Notes: generated by a model from the letters alone, not told the origin. DNA of 64,000 nucleotides from Octopus bimaculoides (GCF_001194135.2 NC_068995.1:20220357-20284356), one strand, 5' to 3'; numbered from the stretch's first letter, positions 38,291-50,588 are shown. Program-made: numbers and translations.

Positions 38291-39054
38291 GCAGCAACAG
38301 TAACAAAGTGACGGTAAAGCTGATAGGTTACAGAAGAACAAGCTGAGAGTGATTCGTCTTCTTTGAATGGTATTGCATTGTTTCTATTGACAAGACACTT
38401 GATATCAACGGCCTGACCCAGGAGACTTGTACAATTCTCCAGTGTAAGTAGCACTAACAGTGGCAGCATTGAAAAGAATGGATGAATGCTTTAGCAAATT
38501 ACAATGCATACATCAAATATTATTTGAAGATAAATTGTTCAATTACGTAAGAAGGAAAACGTCTGAGATGCGATTCAGTGCCCACCCCTCTGTTTCTATA
38601 GTAAAACAAAACGGACCTGTGTATGGAGCACACTAGAGATGAGGCTATGAAAGTAAAGAAATATCTCTGCTGTTGTACCACGTTTGCATTCAGGATTTGA
38701 GCGTAGCACTTAACGTAGAGAGGCAGGCAATGTGCACTGGTGTTGAGAGCGAGTAAAACAACACTAACAATAGACAAGAACAACAACAACAAACAATAAA
38801 AAAAACAAATTAAAAACAACAACAACAATTACAACGCTAACAACCGTAGCAACATCTGCGATAACGACATAACCGAAACAAATTAATTAAAAGTTACAAT
38901 GCTGATTGTAATTACGAACTAGGTCGGCAACAAACAACAGATTCAACAAAACAGCAGTGACAACATCAAGAACAGCCGACGGACGGTAATAAAAGCAAGA
39001 AACTAACACAAGAATTGCCCAGATAACAACAACAGCCCTAATAATTATAATTAT

Positions 39055-39250
39055 TTCTAATTTAGACACAAAGCTAGAAGTTCTAAAGGAATGGATTAGT
39101 CGACTCCGTTGTTCTTAGTACATCACTGGTACTATAACATAAAGTAGAAAGTCAAAGTTGACCTCGATGGGATTTGAACGCAGAAAGTAAGGAGTCAGAA
39201 CAAATGCAGCAAAGTATTTTTGCGATATTCTAATGACTCTGCCAGCTCCC
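39055..39250 (-). mobile_element. SINE family A, decayed
   Basis: CAAAGTTGACCTCGATGGGATTTGAACGCAGAA..TAATGACTCTGCCAGCTC. Confidence 0.75.
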
Positions 39251-39293
39251 TGTCGCTGTTGCAGTTATTGTTGTTGTTATTATTATTATTATT

Positions 39294-39737
39294 GTTCAGT
39301 AGTTTTATTTTTATAACGTGCTTTCACTTCACTACCGAGCGCAGCTCTGTGTGCCTTGGGTATGTGTTGTGGTTTGTTGTGATGCTCTTATTTTTATTGC
39401 ATTGAAAGTGTTTTACGTAGGATGTGTGCGGTGCCCAGTAGTGCAATTTTCTGTATGTTGTATACTGTGTACTTGTTAGTCCTGGTGTTTTGTTATGCAT
39501 TTTTCTGAATATGTATTTATCATACCTAATGCACCCACTATGATAGGAACTGTTTCTGTTTTTAGACTCCAAATTCGAGTTACCTCTATTTCCAGATCTT
39601 TGTATTTTGAAATATTCTCCGTTTCTTTTTGAGAAACATTATCATCTGTTGGTATTGATACATCGATTAGAAAGCAGATTTTTCTTGGTGATCTCTGACA
39701 ACTATATCCGGCCTATTGGTCTTAATTTCTCTATCTA

Positions 39738-39738
<1 letters not shown>
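39294..39738 (-). mobile_element. 5'-truncated RLE non-LTR retrotransposon (R4/Dong-like) embedded in (TAA)n
   Basis: IDREIKTNRPDIVVRDHQEK(fs)CFLIDVSIPTDDNVSQKETENISKYKDLEIEVTRIWSLKTETVPIIVGALGMI..IQKIALLGTAHILRKTLSMQ*; intact PD..D.S RLE motif; TAA tracts on both sides. Confidence 0.9.
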
Positions 39739-39825
<87 letters not shown>

Positions 39826-41265
39826 ATTATTATTTCATTATTTGAAGCCGAATTTTTCTGGCTGTCAGGGTTTTGAGAAAGTAGGCTCGATCACTCTTTC
39901 TGTTTACTCAAAAGGGTATGTTGATTAAAATTTTTACTTCATCATTAACCGTTTATTACTTGCTTATGAGTAGCGCTCGAAAGAGAATTATACGGGTAAA
40001 CAGTTATAAGATAAACAGTTATACGGGTCAGCAAAGGAAATAAATTACCACTCGACACACGTAGCTTGAGTAGCGAGTTTATTGAGTAGCAAGTTAAGTC
40101 AGCTTCACATTATTCAGTTTCTTAGGAAAAAGTTTGCAGCTACATCTTCAGATGCGTCGGGTCAGAGTAAGTAGATTTTTAATAATAGCTCCTATAAGAG
40201 AATATTAAGGGGCTTCTGTTGGTGAGTTCAGGTCACGTAAATAATTTTATAAAAAGCAACTTAAAACCTACGATCACCGCGATACATTTTTTTCGCTTCC
40301 TTTGTAATGATTATGCCCGTTCATTACCAGTTTCTCGCTTTCAGAACTATCTACTACAGAAATTATTTCAGTTATGTTAAACCGTATTGGTCTCCCAGCG
40401 CTTTTAGTAATCACGCTAGCTGTCATTAAAGCTGATACTCATTGTGTTAACAGAAAGATCTGAAAGAAATGTCTGAGATTGTACTTCTGAAAAACAGAAT
40501 ATTTATACACACACCCCTGATGTAATTATATTTCTTGTTTAAAAGCAATACAGTTCATCACATTTTTTAATCCTATATGTAAGTTATTTACACTGTTTCC
40601 CATTGAACAGTGTATAAACAATTGAACATGAGAAAACGCTGTGTTCCGCTGTTGACATCTGCTTCACGAAATTTGTTTTGATTTTTCTAAGTAAACATGG
40701 TAACAAACAAAATCTGGCAGAAAACTTTTCTTATGCTGAAAGGGGCAGTTTGTTCATTGGAGATCTGGTTCACATCTGCCGCCATAGACACCCAGAGTTC
40801 CCACTGTTTATAATACACTGGAATATAGCATCTAATTTGCTTTCTATAAGTTTGCTGAATATTTGACGTAAAGATAATGTTACTTGTTCTCAGGGACTAC
40901 ATGTATGACCGACTTCACAAACGTAGCGTTTTAAAGAACAAATTAACAAGATATACGTATATAAATATCGCTGAACCTGAACAGAGTAAAGAACTGTATG
41001 GATAAAAAGAAGGTAGCAGCTTAAAACCTGGTGATGTGAAGGAATAAGGGTTGAACCACAGACTATATATCACTTTTAATTTGTACACATTTGAGTTGGA
41101 GAATATATGCAGAAACAAAAATAAAAACAGAACGTTGCTCTTGTTGCATTCTAACCACAGTTTTCCCCATATCAAGGAGACCAATAGCGAAGGAAGTTCC
41201 GCTTGTGGTCATCTCATCTTTTTATATATCCAGCTCTATGCTGTGTTTCATGTATCCCTCTATAT

Positions 41266-41599
41266 CAGCGGTTTTCAACCAGGGTCCATATGGCCCCTGA
41301 GGATCCTTGTAAGATTTTGGGGGATCCACAGAATAAAATAGTAAATGGGGGTCCACAATAGTATTTTAAGGACCCCTGAAAAAAATTTGCTTTAGATGCA
41401 TGCATTGTTACGTATTGCAAAAGAACAGCTAGATTTCTTTATCTAACAGTTTCGACCTACGCAAGTGAATATGTGAAAAACAAAATAGGAAATTTGAAAG
41501 AAGTTTTTAAATATGGTATGGCTATGGGGGTCCACCTGAATATAGTAATTAAAGAGGTTCATAGATAAAAAAAAAAAAAGAAGTGGTCGAGAACCCCTA
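41266..41599. mobile_element. hAT (Charlie-like) non-autonomous element
   Basis: TIRs CAGCGGTTTTCAACC and GGTCGAGAACCCCTA; 8-bp TSD CTCTATAT/CTCTCTAT (1 mismatch). Confidence 0.8.
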
Positions 41600-42482
41600 C
41601 TCTCTATTTAAAACGATGGGTTTTTTGGAGAAATATTTGGTTACTATTATTGTTGGTTGAGCGACGCCATACAGACTCCCCGTGTCGGCTCGTGAAGTAG
41701 AAGGTAAATCAAAATGTTCCAGTGTCGAAGTAATTTACCAAACCAACGTGAAATGATATCTTAGAATGTGTTAGTATAACAACTAAAATCATTTTAAAGC
41801 ATATAAAATGTGGTTTTTTTTTATGACTATTGTAGAAATATTTTCATAGTGACGAAAAAAATATATATATAGAACAANNNNNNNNNNNNNNNNNNNNNNN
41901 NNNNNNNNNNNNNNNNNNNNNNNNNNNNNNNNNNNNNNNNNNNNNNNNNNNNNNNNNNNNNNNNNNNNNNNNNNNNNNNNNNNNNNNNNNNNNNNNNNNN
42001 NNNNNNNNNNNNNNNNNNNNNNNNNNNNNNNNNNNNNNNNNNNNNNNNNNNNNNNNNNNNNNNNNNNNNNNNNNNNNNNNNNNNNNNNNNNNNNNNNNNN
42101 NNNNNNNNNNNNNNNNNNNNNNNNNNNNNNNNNNNNNNNNNNNNNNNNNNNNNNNNNNNNNNNNNNNNNNNNNNNNNNNNNNNNNNNNNNNNNNNNNNNN
42201 NNNNNNNNNNNNNNNNNNNNNNNNNNNNNNNNNNNNNNNNNNNNNNNNNNNNNNNNNNNNNNNNNNNNNNNNNNNNNNNNNNNNNNNNNNNNNNNNNNNN
42301 NNNNNNNNNNNNNNNNNNNNNNNNNNNNNNNNNNNNNNNNNNNNNNNNNNNNNNNNNNNNNNNNNNNNNNNNNNNNNNNNNNNNNNNNNNNNNNNNNNNN
42401 NNNNNNNNNNNNNNNNNNNNNNNNNNNNNNNNNNNNNNNNNNNNNNNNNNNNNNNNAAAAAAAAAAAAAACTGTTTAATATA

Positions 42483-42688
42483 TGTTTAATATTTTGGCAC
42501 ACGGCCAGCAATTATAGAGTAGGGGCAAGTCAATTTCATCGACCTCAGCCCTCAGGTGGTACATATTTTGCCAACTCCGAACGGACAACTCAATCGCGGT
42601 GGAATCTGAACTCAGAATGTAAAGATTCACGAAATGCCGCTAAAAGTTTTGCCCGATCCTGCTTACGATTCTGCTAGCTCGCTGCCTT
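42483..42688 (-). mobile_element. SINE family A (A1)
   Basis: ATTTTGGCACACGGCCAGCAATT..GGAATCTGAACTCAGAA..CGAAATGCCGCTAA..GATTCTGCTAGCTCGCTGCCTT. Confidence 0.85.
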
Positions 42689-42954
42689 AGAAAAAACTTA
42701 ATGTAATATCAAAAAGAAAGAAAAAAAAAACTCAGCCTGTCCACATTAATTAGTGTACAACACTGCGCATTTACTTAGCGGTCATCTTACAAAAAATCTT
42801 TTAAATTAAATTTTAGGAACGTGAAGAGTAAAACAAAAATCAAAGACAAAAACAAAGGCAATTAAGGATATAAAAATACCTGCTGCAACAACAGCTGCCA
42901 ATAAAGGAACAACGGAAGTAAAGGGGACCCTAAAAACCACACTGATGTGAATAC

Positions 42955-43383
42955 GAACTGGCTGTGTGGAAAGTAGCTTGCTTACCAACCACATGGTTCC
43001 GGGTTCAGTCCCACTGCGCGGCACCTTGGGCACGTGTCTTCTACTATAGCCTCGGGCCGACCAAAGCCTTGTGAGTGGATTTGGTAGACGAAAACAGAAA
43101 GAAGCCCGTCGTATATATGTATATATGTATGTGTATATGTATGTGTGTGTGTATGTGTTTGTGTATCTGTGTTTGTCCCCCCCCCCAAAAAAAACATCGC
43201 TTGACAACCGATGCTGGTGTGTTTACGTCCCCGTAACTTAGCGGTTCGGCAAAAGAGACCGATAGAATAAGTACTAGGCTTACAAAGAATAAGTCCTGGG
43301 GTCGATTTGCTCGACTAAAGGCAGTGCTCCAGCATGGCCACAGTCAAATGACTGAAACAAGTAAAAGAGTAAAAGAGTAAGAG
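42955..43383 (+). mobile_element. SINE family B, best-preserved copy
   Basis: TGGCTGTGTGG (A-box-like), GGGTTCAGTCCC (B-box-like), CCTTGGGCACGTGTC, internal TATATG/TG tract, tail GACTGAAACAA(GTAAAAGA)2. Confidence 0.95.
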
Positions 43384-44425
43384 AAATAAATTCCAATTGT
43401 TTAACCAAATCGTAATGGCAGCGTTGAATGAGAGAGGAGTAATTTTACCCATCAACTTGGATGCTTCATACAGATAGATCGAAGTCTAATGGCCAAAATA
43501 TTGAAATATGTTTTCACCCAATTATTTACTAAAGATTTAGAAAGTGTGCTGTCATTAGAAGTAGAAACTTACTTATTTTGTCTGTGCACACACGTACTAT
43601 TTATAAAAGGTAAGTCTAAACGGTTTTTGAATCAGGCATTGAGCAATTTCGTGAGAAATATAAGGCTCTTTAAATCAGTAGAAAGATGGGTTTTAGTAAA
43701 GAAAAATGCTGAGGGAGTGACCGAAATAGTATATGCGCACACACACAAACACACACCCGCACATATACAGACGCACACATGTACACACAGACGCGCAAAC
43801 ACACACACATACACACACGCACGCACGCACATACACACACGCATACACATATGCACACACACACACACGCATACACATACACACACGCATACACACATAC
43901 ACACACGCATGCACATACACACACGTACACACACACATACACACACGTACACACATACACGCACACACATGCACACACACATGCACACACACACACATAC
44001 ACACGCTCACGCACACTCACACACACACGCACACACATACGCATAAACATACATACACAAACACACATACGCATATACACATACAGACGCACACACATAT
44101 GTACATTACCTGCGTATATGTATGTATATCTTGAATTCTATTGGTCTGTGACACATATTAAATTATATGATTCACTCTTGCTAAAATAATGTGACACTAT
44201 CCAAGAAACTGATTGACATGCTAGAAATAGCAGTAAAAATTTTCAAATCACACTGTGCCGTAGCAGATGAAACAAGATAGGGCCAAAGGGAAGCAAATCT
44301 TAGTTCATGGCTCTCTTGGAGTTGGGTGTATACGAGGGTTAACAGAAGTAAAAACAGAAATACTACACCAGAGATGGATGTAACTAAGAGAAATGATGGT
44401 CAGGAATCCTCACCGACAGGCAATG

Positions 44426-44572
44426 GGCGCAGGCATGGCTGCGTTGTTAAGAAGCTCGTTTTGGAACCACGTCGTTTCGTGTTCAGTTCAACTGCGCGGC
44501 TCTTTGATATACCTGAATCAAACAATTCATTGTGAGTGAATTTGGTAGACGTAAACTGTGGAAGGTCACCGT
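44426..44572 (+). mobile_element. Older SINE B 5' half
   Basis: GCGCAGGCATGGCTGCGTTGTTAAGAAGCTCG..TTGTGAGTGAATTTGGTAGACGTAAACTG; ends where the internal SSR normally starts. Confidence 0.75.
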
Positions 44573-44742
44573 GAGTGGCTGTGTGGTAAGTACCTTGCTT
44601 ACCAACCACATTGTTCCGAGTTCAGTCTCACTGCGTGTCAACTTGGACAAGTGTCTTCTGCTATAGCCTCAGGCCGACCGAAGCCTTATGAGTGGAATTA
44701 GTGGATGCAAGCTGAAGGAGGCCCGTCGCGTGTATGTGTGTG

Positions 44743-44788
<46 letters not shown>

Positions 44789-45005
44789 TGTGTGTGTCTG
44801 TTTGCTTCCCCAGCATCGCTTGACAACTGATGCTGGTGCTTTTATGTCTCCGTAACTTAATGGTTTGGCAAAAAGAGGCCAATAGAATAAGTACTATGCT
44901 TACAGAGAATAAGTCCTGGGGTCAATTTGGTCAACTAAAAGCGGTGTTCCAGCATAGCCGCAGTGAAATGAGTAAAACAGCTAAAAGAATATAAGAATAT
45001 AAGAG
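44573..45005 (+). mobile_element. SINE family B, full length with internal (TG)n
   Basis: Collinear with 42955-43383. Confidence 0.92.
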
Positions 45006-45417
45006 AGAATGGAATAAATATATTTGGAATAGTCACAACAAGAAATATATTGACATTCGCAATTGTATTACAACGTAAATGATGAGAATAGGAAGATACA
45101 ATAGAGAATAAGATTATAAGAATTCTTACGATCGTTTCATGACTATGTAACTTATCTGAATGAAATACACACACACACGCACACACACACAGAGATATAT
45201 ATATATTGGAAGGTTTGGAGGTGATGTACAGGAATTATATAGTGGAAAAAATAATAAGGTACTCAGATATCTGGATGGTTGTACATTTACAGATTTTTAT
45301 TAATATGTCACAAGTTTTATAAATATTAGCGCTTGCACCTATTCTTGTAGGTTTTTCAAATATATATATATATATAAATAAGTGTAATATGAGTTGTTCC
45401 CAAGTAACGAGCATGCT

Positions 45418-45664
45418 GGCCGTTTAATTAATAATCCTTTCTATTAAAGGCACAAGGCCTGAAATTTGGGTGGTGGGGAGACTAGGCGATTAACCCTCAG
45501 TGTTTTACTGGTACTTAATTTATCTACCCCGCAAAGATGAAGGCAAATTTGACCTCGGCGGAATTTGAACTCGGAACGTAGCTACGGGTGAAATACCGCT
45601 AAGCATTTCGTCTAGCGTGATAACGTTTCTGCCACCTCACCACTTAGGCCGTTTAATTCATAAT
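45418..45664 (-). mobile_element. SINE family A (tail A2) with 18-bp TSD
   Basis: TSD GGCCGTTTAATT(A/C)ATAAT at 45418-45435 and 45647-45664; tail (rc) CTTGTGCCTTTAATAGAAAGG+ATT. Confidence 0.92.
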
Positions 45665-45730
45665 GGATTTATTTAGTCTCTTTGTAGTTAGGACATGTTA
45701 TTAATTATTTGTTTTAGTAATAAATGTATA

Positions 45731-45807
<77 letters not shown>

Positions 45808-45829
45808 AGGTATATTTTTAAAATTTAAT

Positions 45830-46450
45830 TTAACTCAATTCCAATTCATTTTTTATATCTTATTTTAACAAGCAACGTATTTGCTTAATATATTTTATAG
45901 TATTGAACATATTTCATCGATATTGATCCAAGTCATTCTTTTTCCTTGTATATTGTTCAAGGGCGTTGTTTGTGAGTTATACTTTTTCACTAATCTTTAT
46001 TAGTCTTGTTTTTGGTGTGATATCATGTTTATGTTGTGACGTAGGTTGAAAAACAAAATATCTAGCAATCTATGGCCGTGTTTTGGTATAAGTTCTTCGT
46101 TTTATAAGTACTATTGTGTAACTGTAAATTGATACTGTTTGTTTATTTTGATGTTGTTACTTTTAGTAAGAAGCTGGTGGATTCCCAGGCAGCGTTTATA
46201 TTTTTAATGTTGTTTACACCACCGGATTGAACGGTCCTGTCTCAGTGTCGAAACCATAGCGATACCGTTTGGCAACTGATGAGAGGAATACACATTTGTT
46301 AGGCTTGATTCTTTCATCTTACTCTCGTTATTCTACGTTGTCCTTCATTCTTGTAAAATGGAAAGTGTTTGTGGATTCATAATTAGTGGGGATCACTTAC
46401 AACGACAGTGGTTGGTTTGTCTTCATATATATTCTTATTAGACTTAGATG
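45830..46450. mobile_element. Possible decayed Penelope-like element, partly inverted
   Basis: Minus strand: LIPKHGHRLLDIL and LSKYVAC*NKI*KMNW resemble PLE segments; plus strand carries GAAAC..CAACTGATGAGAGG like family F; all very degenerate. Confidence 0.35.
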
Positions 46451-46507
46451 ACGCTTAGATATTGGTGTCTCGTTTAGGGTTATTATGTTGTTATGTGGCA
46501 TATATAT

Positions 46508-46572
<65 letters not shown>

Positions 46573-46814
46573 NNNNNNNNNNNNNNNNNNNNNNNNNNNN
46601 NNNNNNNNNNNNNNNNNNNNNNNNNNNNNNNNNNNNNNNNNNNNNNNNNNNNNNNNNNNNNNNNNNNNNNNNNNNNNNNNNNNNNNNNNNNNNNNNNNNN
46701 NNNNNNNNNNNNNNNNNNNNNNNNNNNNNNNNNNNNNNNNATTATCCTTGCAATTTTGGCTGGTTATTCTCGATGCATATGTATATATTGTATATATTTG
46801 CACACACACACACT

Positions 46815-46875
<61 letters not shown>

Positions 46876-46909
46876 GCACACACGCTCTCATATATATGCA
46901 TGTATATGC

Positions 46910-47137
46910 CTGTGTGTATCTTTGTGTCTAGGTTTGTCCCCCGCTCACCACTTAACTGATGCTAGTTTGTTTACGCCCCCGTATTTTAGCGGCTTGGCAA
47001 GAAGAACAGACAGAATAGGTACCACACTTGAAATATAACAACTGGCGGGGTGACGGGGACAGTAATTGTTCGACTAAATCATTCAAGGTGGTGACCCAGC
47101 ATGGCCGCTGTCCAATAACTGAAACGAGTAAAAGATG
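46910..47137 (+). mobile_element. SINE family B, 3' half
   Basis: TTTGTCCCCC..ACTGATGCTAGTTTGTTTACG..TTCGACTAAATCATTCAAGGTGGTGACCCAGCATGGCCGC..ACTGAAACGAGTAAAAGA. Confidence 0.8.
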
Positions 47138-47574
47138 AATTATACAACGATTGCGCTGTCTTGCCTTGTTCTCTAAACTCATGATAGATTAGTAAGGAAG
47201 TGTGTCTTTGGCACTAAACCTGGCTGATAGAATCCTACACGGCTCATCAGTTATCTTCTACAAGAAATTGAAATCTCCAGCAAACTATTGTTGTACTTCG
47301 TAATTGCGTCAAAACGGCTTAATTAAAATCGACAGTAATTAGTATTAAAAGTGGCAATTAGTACTATCCAGTTGTAATTATATATCGTAGAAGTGGCGTA
47401 TATGTTAAGGTGATGTGATTTGTACTACTGTCATTAATAAAGATTACAACGGAGACTAGAATATTCAAAGGAGTCGGCTAGTTGGTTAATGAATAGAAGA
47501 GAATAGTATTACATATTGTACTAATGAAAACATGTGGACTAGAAATTACTACCTGACTAACAGAATTGATTGAT

Positions 47575-47584
47575 AGATAAATAG

Positions 47585-47640
<56 letters not shown>

Positions 47641-47833
47641 GGATGGATGGATGGATGGATGGATGGATGGATGGATGGATGGATAAACAAGAAGAGTGAT
47701 GCAATAGACAGGTAAGCATGGTAAGCCAGACAATCGAACAGACTGATAGACACACAGATTGACAAAGAGACAGGCAGACAGGCAGACAGACAGGCAGACA
47801 GACAGGCAGGCAGACAGATTGACAAATAGATAC

Positions 47834-47887
<54 letters not shown>

Positions 47888-47895
47888 TGATAGAT
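47575..47895. repeat. Compound tetranucleotide SSR (GATA/GGAT/GACA)
   Basis: Direct reading. Confidence 0.95.
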
Positions 47896-48659
47896 AGAAA
47901 CGCACAAACACACACACACATACATGTATATAACATATGTGTGCGTGTGTGTATACACAGAAAGATAGAGAGAATGTTGTGTGGTAGACGATATACATAA
48001 ACACAAGCAGGCAAACATAATTCATTGATATCATTTATTAAAAAGAAACCAATGTTATGAATACAAATTTAAATAGGGATACACACACTGAGACATAGAC
48101 ACACTCACACACACTCACACACACTCACATAATTATGTTTATATGTATGTATATATCCATATATATATATATATATATANNNNNNNNNNNNNNNNNNNNN
48201 NNNNNNNNNNNNNNNNNNNNNNNATATATATATGTATATATATATATGTATGTATATATGTATGTATATATATATGTGTGTGTGTGTGTATGTATATATG
48301 TATGTATGTATTTGTATACACTTATACATGCATACAGGCAGATATACATGTGTGTGTGTTCTGTGTCTGTCGGTCTGTCTGTCTGTCTGTCTGTCAGTCT
48401 GTAGGTATGCCACTAATATATAGCTAAGTTGCATACAGAAACGTTATTAGTGAGTCCTGGATTTACAGGTAAGGTACACATATCTAGTTTGTATAGTATA
48501 TTCGAGATTCTTTAATTTCCGTTCCACATTTCACATAGACGTATTCATAGCTCCAACTAATTTAATTTATTTTGAATTTCTTATTGAGCTCTCTCATGTT
48601 AAATGCCGCAGCTCTGAGTTAAATTAAAATGTTGTATAAAGCACAGGTGTGGCTATATA

Positions 48660-48704
<45 letters not shown>

Positions 48705-49169
48705 TACAAAAATATATAAATATATATATTCATATATATACACGCATATATAAACAAATGTGTGTGTGAGTGTGTGTATGTATGTGTATGGGTGTCTTAG
48801 TGAGTGAATGTGTGTATTATATATATTACATATATTACACATACATACATACATATATATATATATTTATATATATATACATTTAAGCCTTAATACATAC
48901 TGATATACGCGCGCGTACGCACATGCACACACATATATTAAGCTGCCGCAACAGCACTGTTATGAATAAATATATACAAATATCTTGTATAATATGATTA
49001 ATTACGGCTTAATTAGTTCTCGCTATAAAGACATGAATTGTAGATACTTTGGTATACAGCGAATCTCTCCTCAACTACATATTGTGACTTGGGTGGCAAT
49101 GCGTAATTGCAGTCTCAATTTTACTTGACGTGTAAATTAATTGATGTAATCCTTAACTAGTCGATAGTT

Positions 49170-49900
49170 ATTGTGCTATTGTATCAGCAATCATACTCAA
49201 AACTTTTGATTAACTGCTCTTGTGCTCATGTATACAAATCTCACAGTCTTATAGCTAGTTCATTTAACAAAGACATACAGCTTTGCGCTAACAAACACCG
49301 CCATAAATTCTCACAAGCACAAAATTTCTCTCTGCCCTATTCAGCAACATATCCCAAATTACAAATCATTTTGCACGAAGAATAAAATCTCTTCCTACAC
49401 GTGTTTTCAGCAGAACAGACCATCATCAATCCGTCGCAATATGGATTAAAAATATTCACAATTTTTCAGTTTGCCCTTGACTGGAAGCATGTTATTAAAT
49501 AAATCGTTATTGCAAATTCGTGCGCTCATACGATCATTTCTATACAGACTCACTCCTATACAAACAAGCATAAACGAGTATATGCAATCACCTCTTCAGA
49601 ATAACCTAGACGTTTATACAGACTCACTTGCACGAACACTCAAAAGCAGAAGTTTCTGCAGACTTATATGCATGCGCCTATAAGTACTCATTTGAATAAA
49701 TTCTATTGTTGATACGTGCGCACTAACATCAAAGTAACAATAAGTTACTAGCCCTTCATCACAGCATTGTGCATAGCAGGAAATGGCCAGTCTCCAAAAT
49801 ACAATACCGATTGTGTTTATTTGTATGGTTCTTTCGATGCATGATTTGGCATTATTATTTGATTCATATGGTGCAAAGGGAAGTAGCACAATATCCATCC
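49170..49900 (+). mobile_element. Very decayed Penelope-like GIY-YIG region
   Basis: Ordered weak matches KSHSLIASSFNKDIQL, CPLTG, VYAITSSE, YTDSLARTLKSR (YIG-like), STHLNKFY, YRLCL. Confidence 0.4.
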
Positions 49901-50247
49901 AGTAAAATGTAATCTGTAATACACACATACTCACATATACACATATGATATGGATTTATGTTTGTACAGAGTATTATAAGAATTAATAATGATTTTGTGT
50001 TATAGACAAATGGTAATCCGGTAGGTTTATATAACGCATTTTGTGTCACCAAGCGCTATTTCAGGCTCAGTACACATGATTAGGCCTATTTGAAATCCAG
50101 GACGCAGGTAGATGAAAAAATATGAGGAAGAACGAGAAGGTTAATGCAAAAAGTGGAGCGCGAAGGCAAAGGATGAATAAAAACGGAAAAAGAAAAGAAA
50201 GAAAACCAAGAATTGTAATTCCTTTGTTCGTAGAAATCAGAATCAAT

Positions 50248-50588
50248 TTAAACTAATACAACGGCGCGGAAGCCAAAGTCTGCAAGACAGCGGCTCAATC
50301 TAGAGATGCTGTTGACCTTTAGTTCAACAAAAGAAATTTTGTTAATGTGCTTGCATTTGATGAAAATTACGGCCCTGGAATTTAGTATTGTGGTGGAAGT
50401 CCTGGATCTAGAAAGAATGTGTGATCTTCCAGCAGCGCATAGTCTGCATCGCTTTGTTCCATCTACATATGGCATAGATTTCTCCACATTTCTCCACTTG
50501 GTTGTATGTGGTGACCTCAGATCCCGTACACTCAAGTGGAGCAATTTGTCTGGTGTAGTAACAATTCTACCACCTTGCAGTCGCCACA
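50248..50588 (-). mobile_element. Penelope-like element, C-terminal GIY-YIG segment (open frame)
   Basis: KWRNVEKSMPYVDGTKRCRLCAAGRSHIL..ILNSRAVIFIKCKHINK fits the PLE W..PY..KRCxLC..LNxR..KCRHxNK pattern. Confidence 0.8.

Noticed and set aside
38215-38469. ORF MLPLLVLLTLENCTSLLG.. resembling a signal peptide
   Set aside because: Runs into an SSR, no recognisable domain; length expected by chance
39960-40700. Possible DNA-transposon interior (repeated GAGTAGC motifs)
   Set aside because: No TIR pair, TSD or transposase relic found
47225-47260. Minus-strand CTGATGAGCCGTGTAGG
   Set aside because: GAAA half missing; at best a fragment
50040-50110. AGGC..GCCT-GAAAT-AGCGCT downstream of the PLE ORF (minus strand)
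   Set aside because: Position fits a PLE hammerhead but the CUGANGA core is unrecognisable
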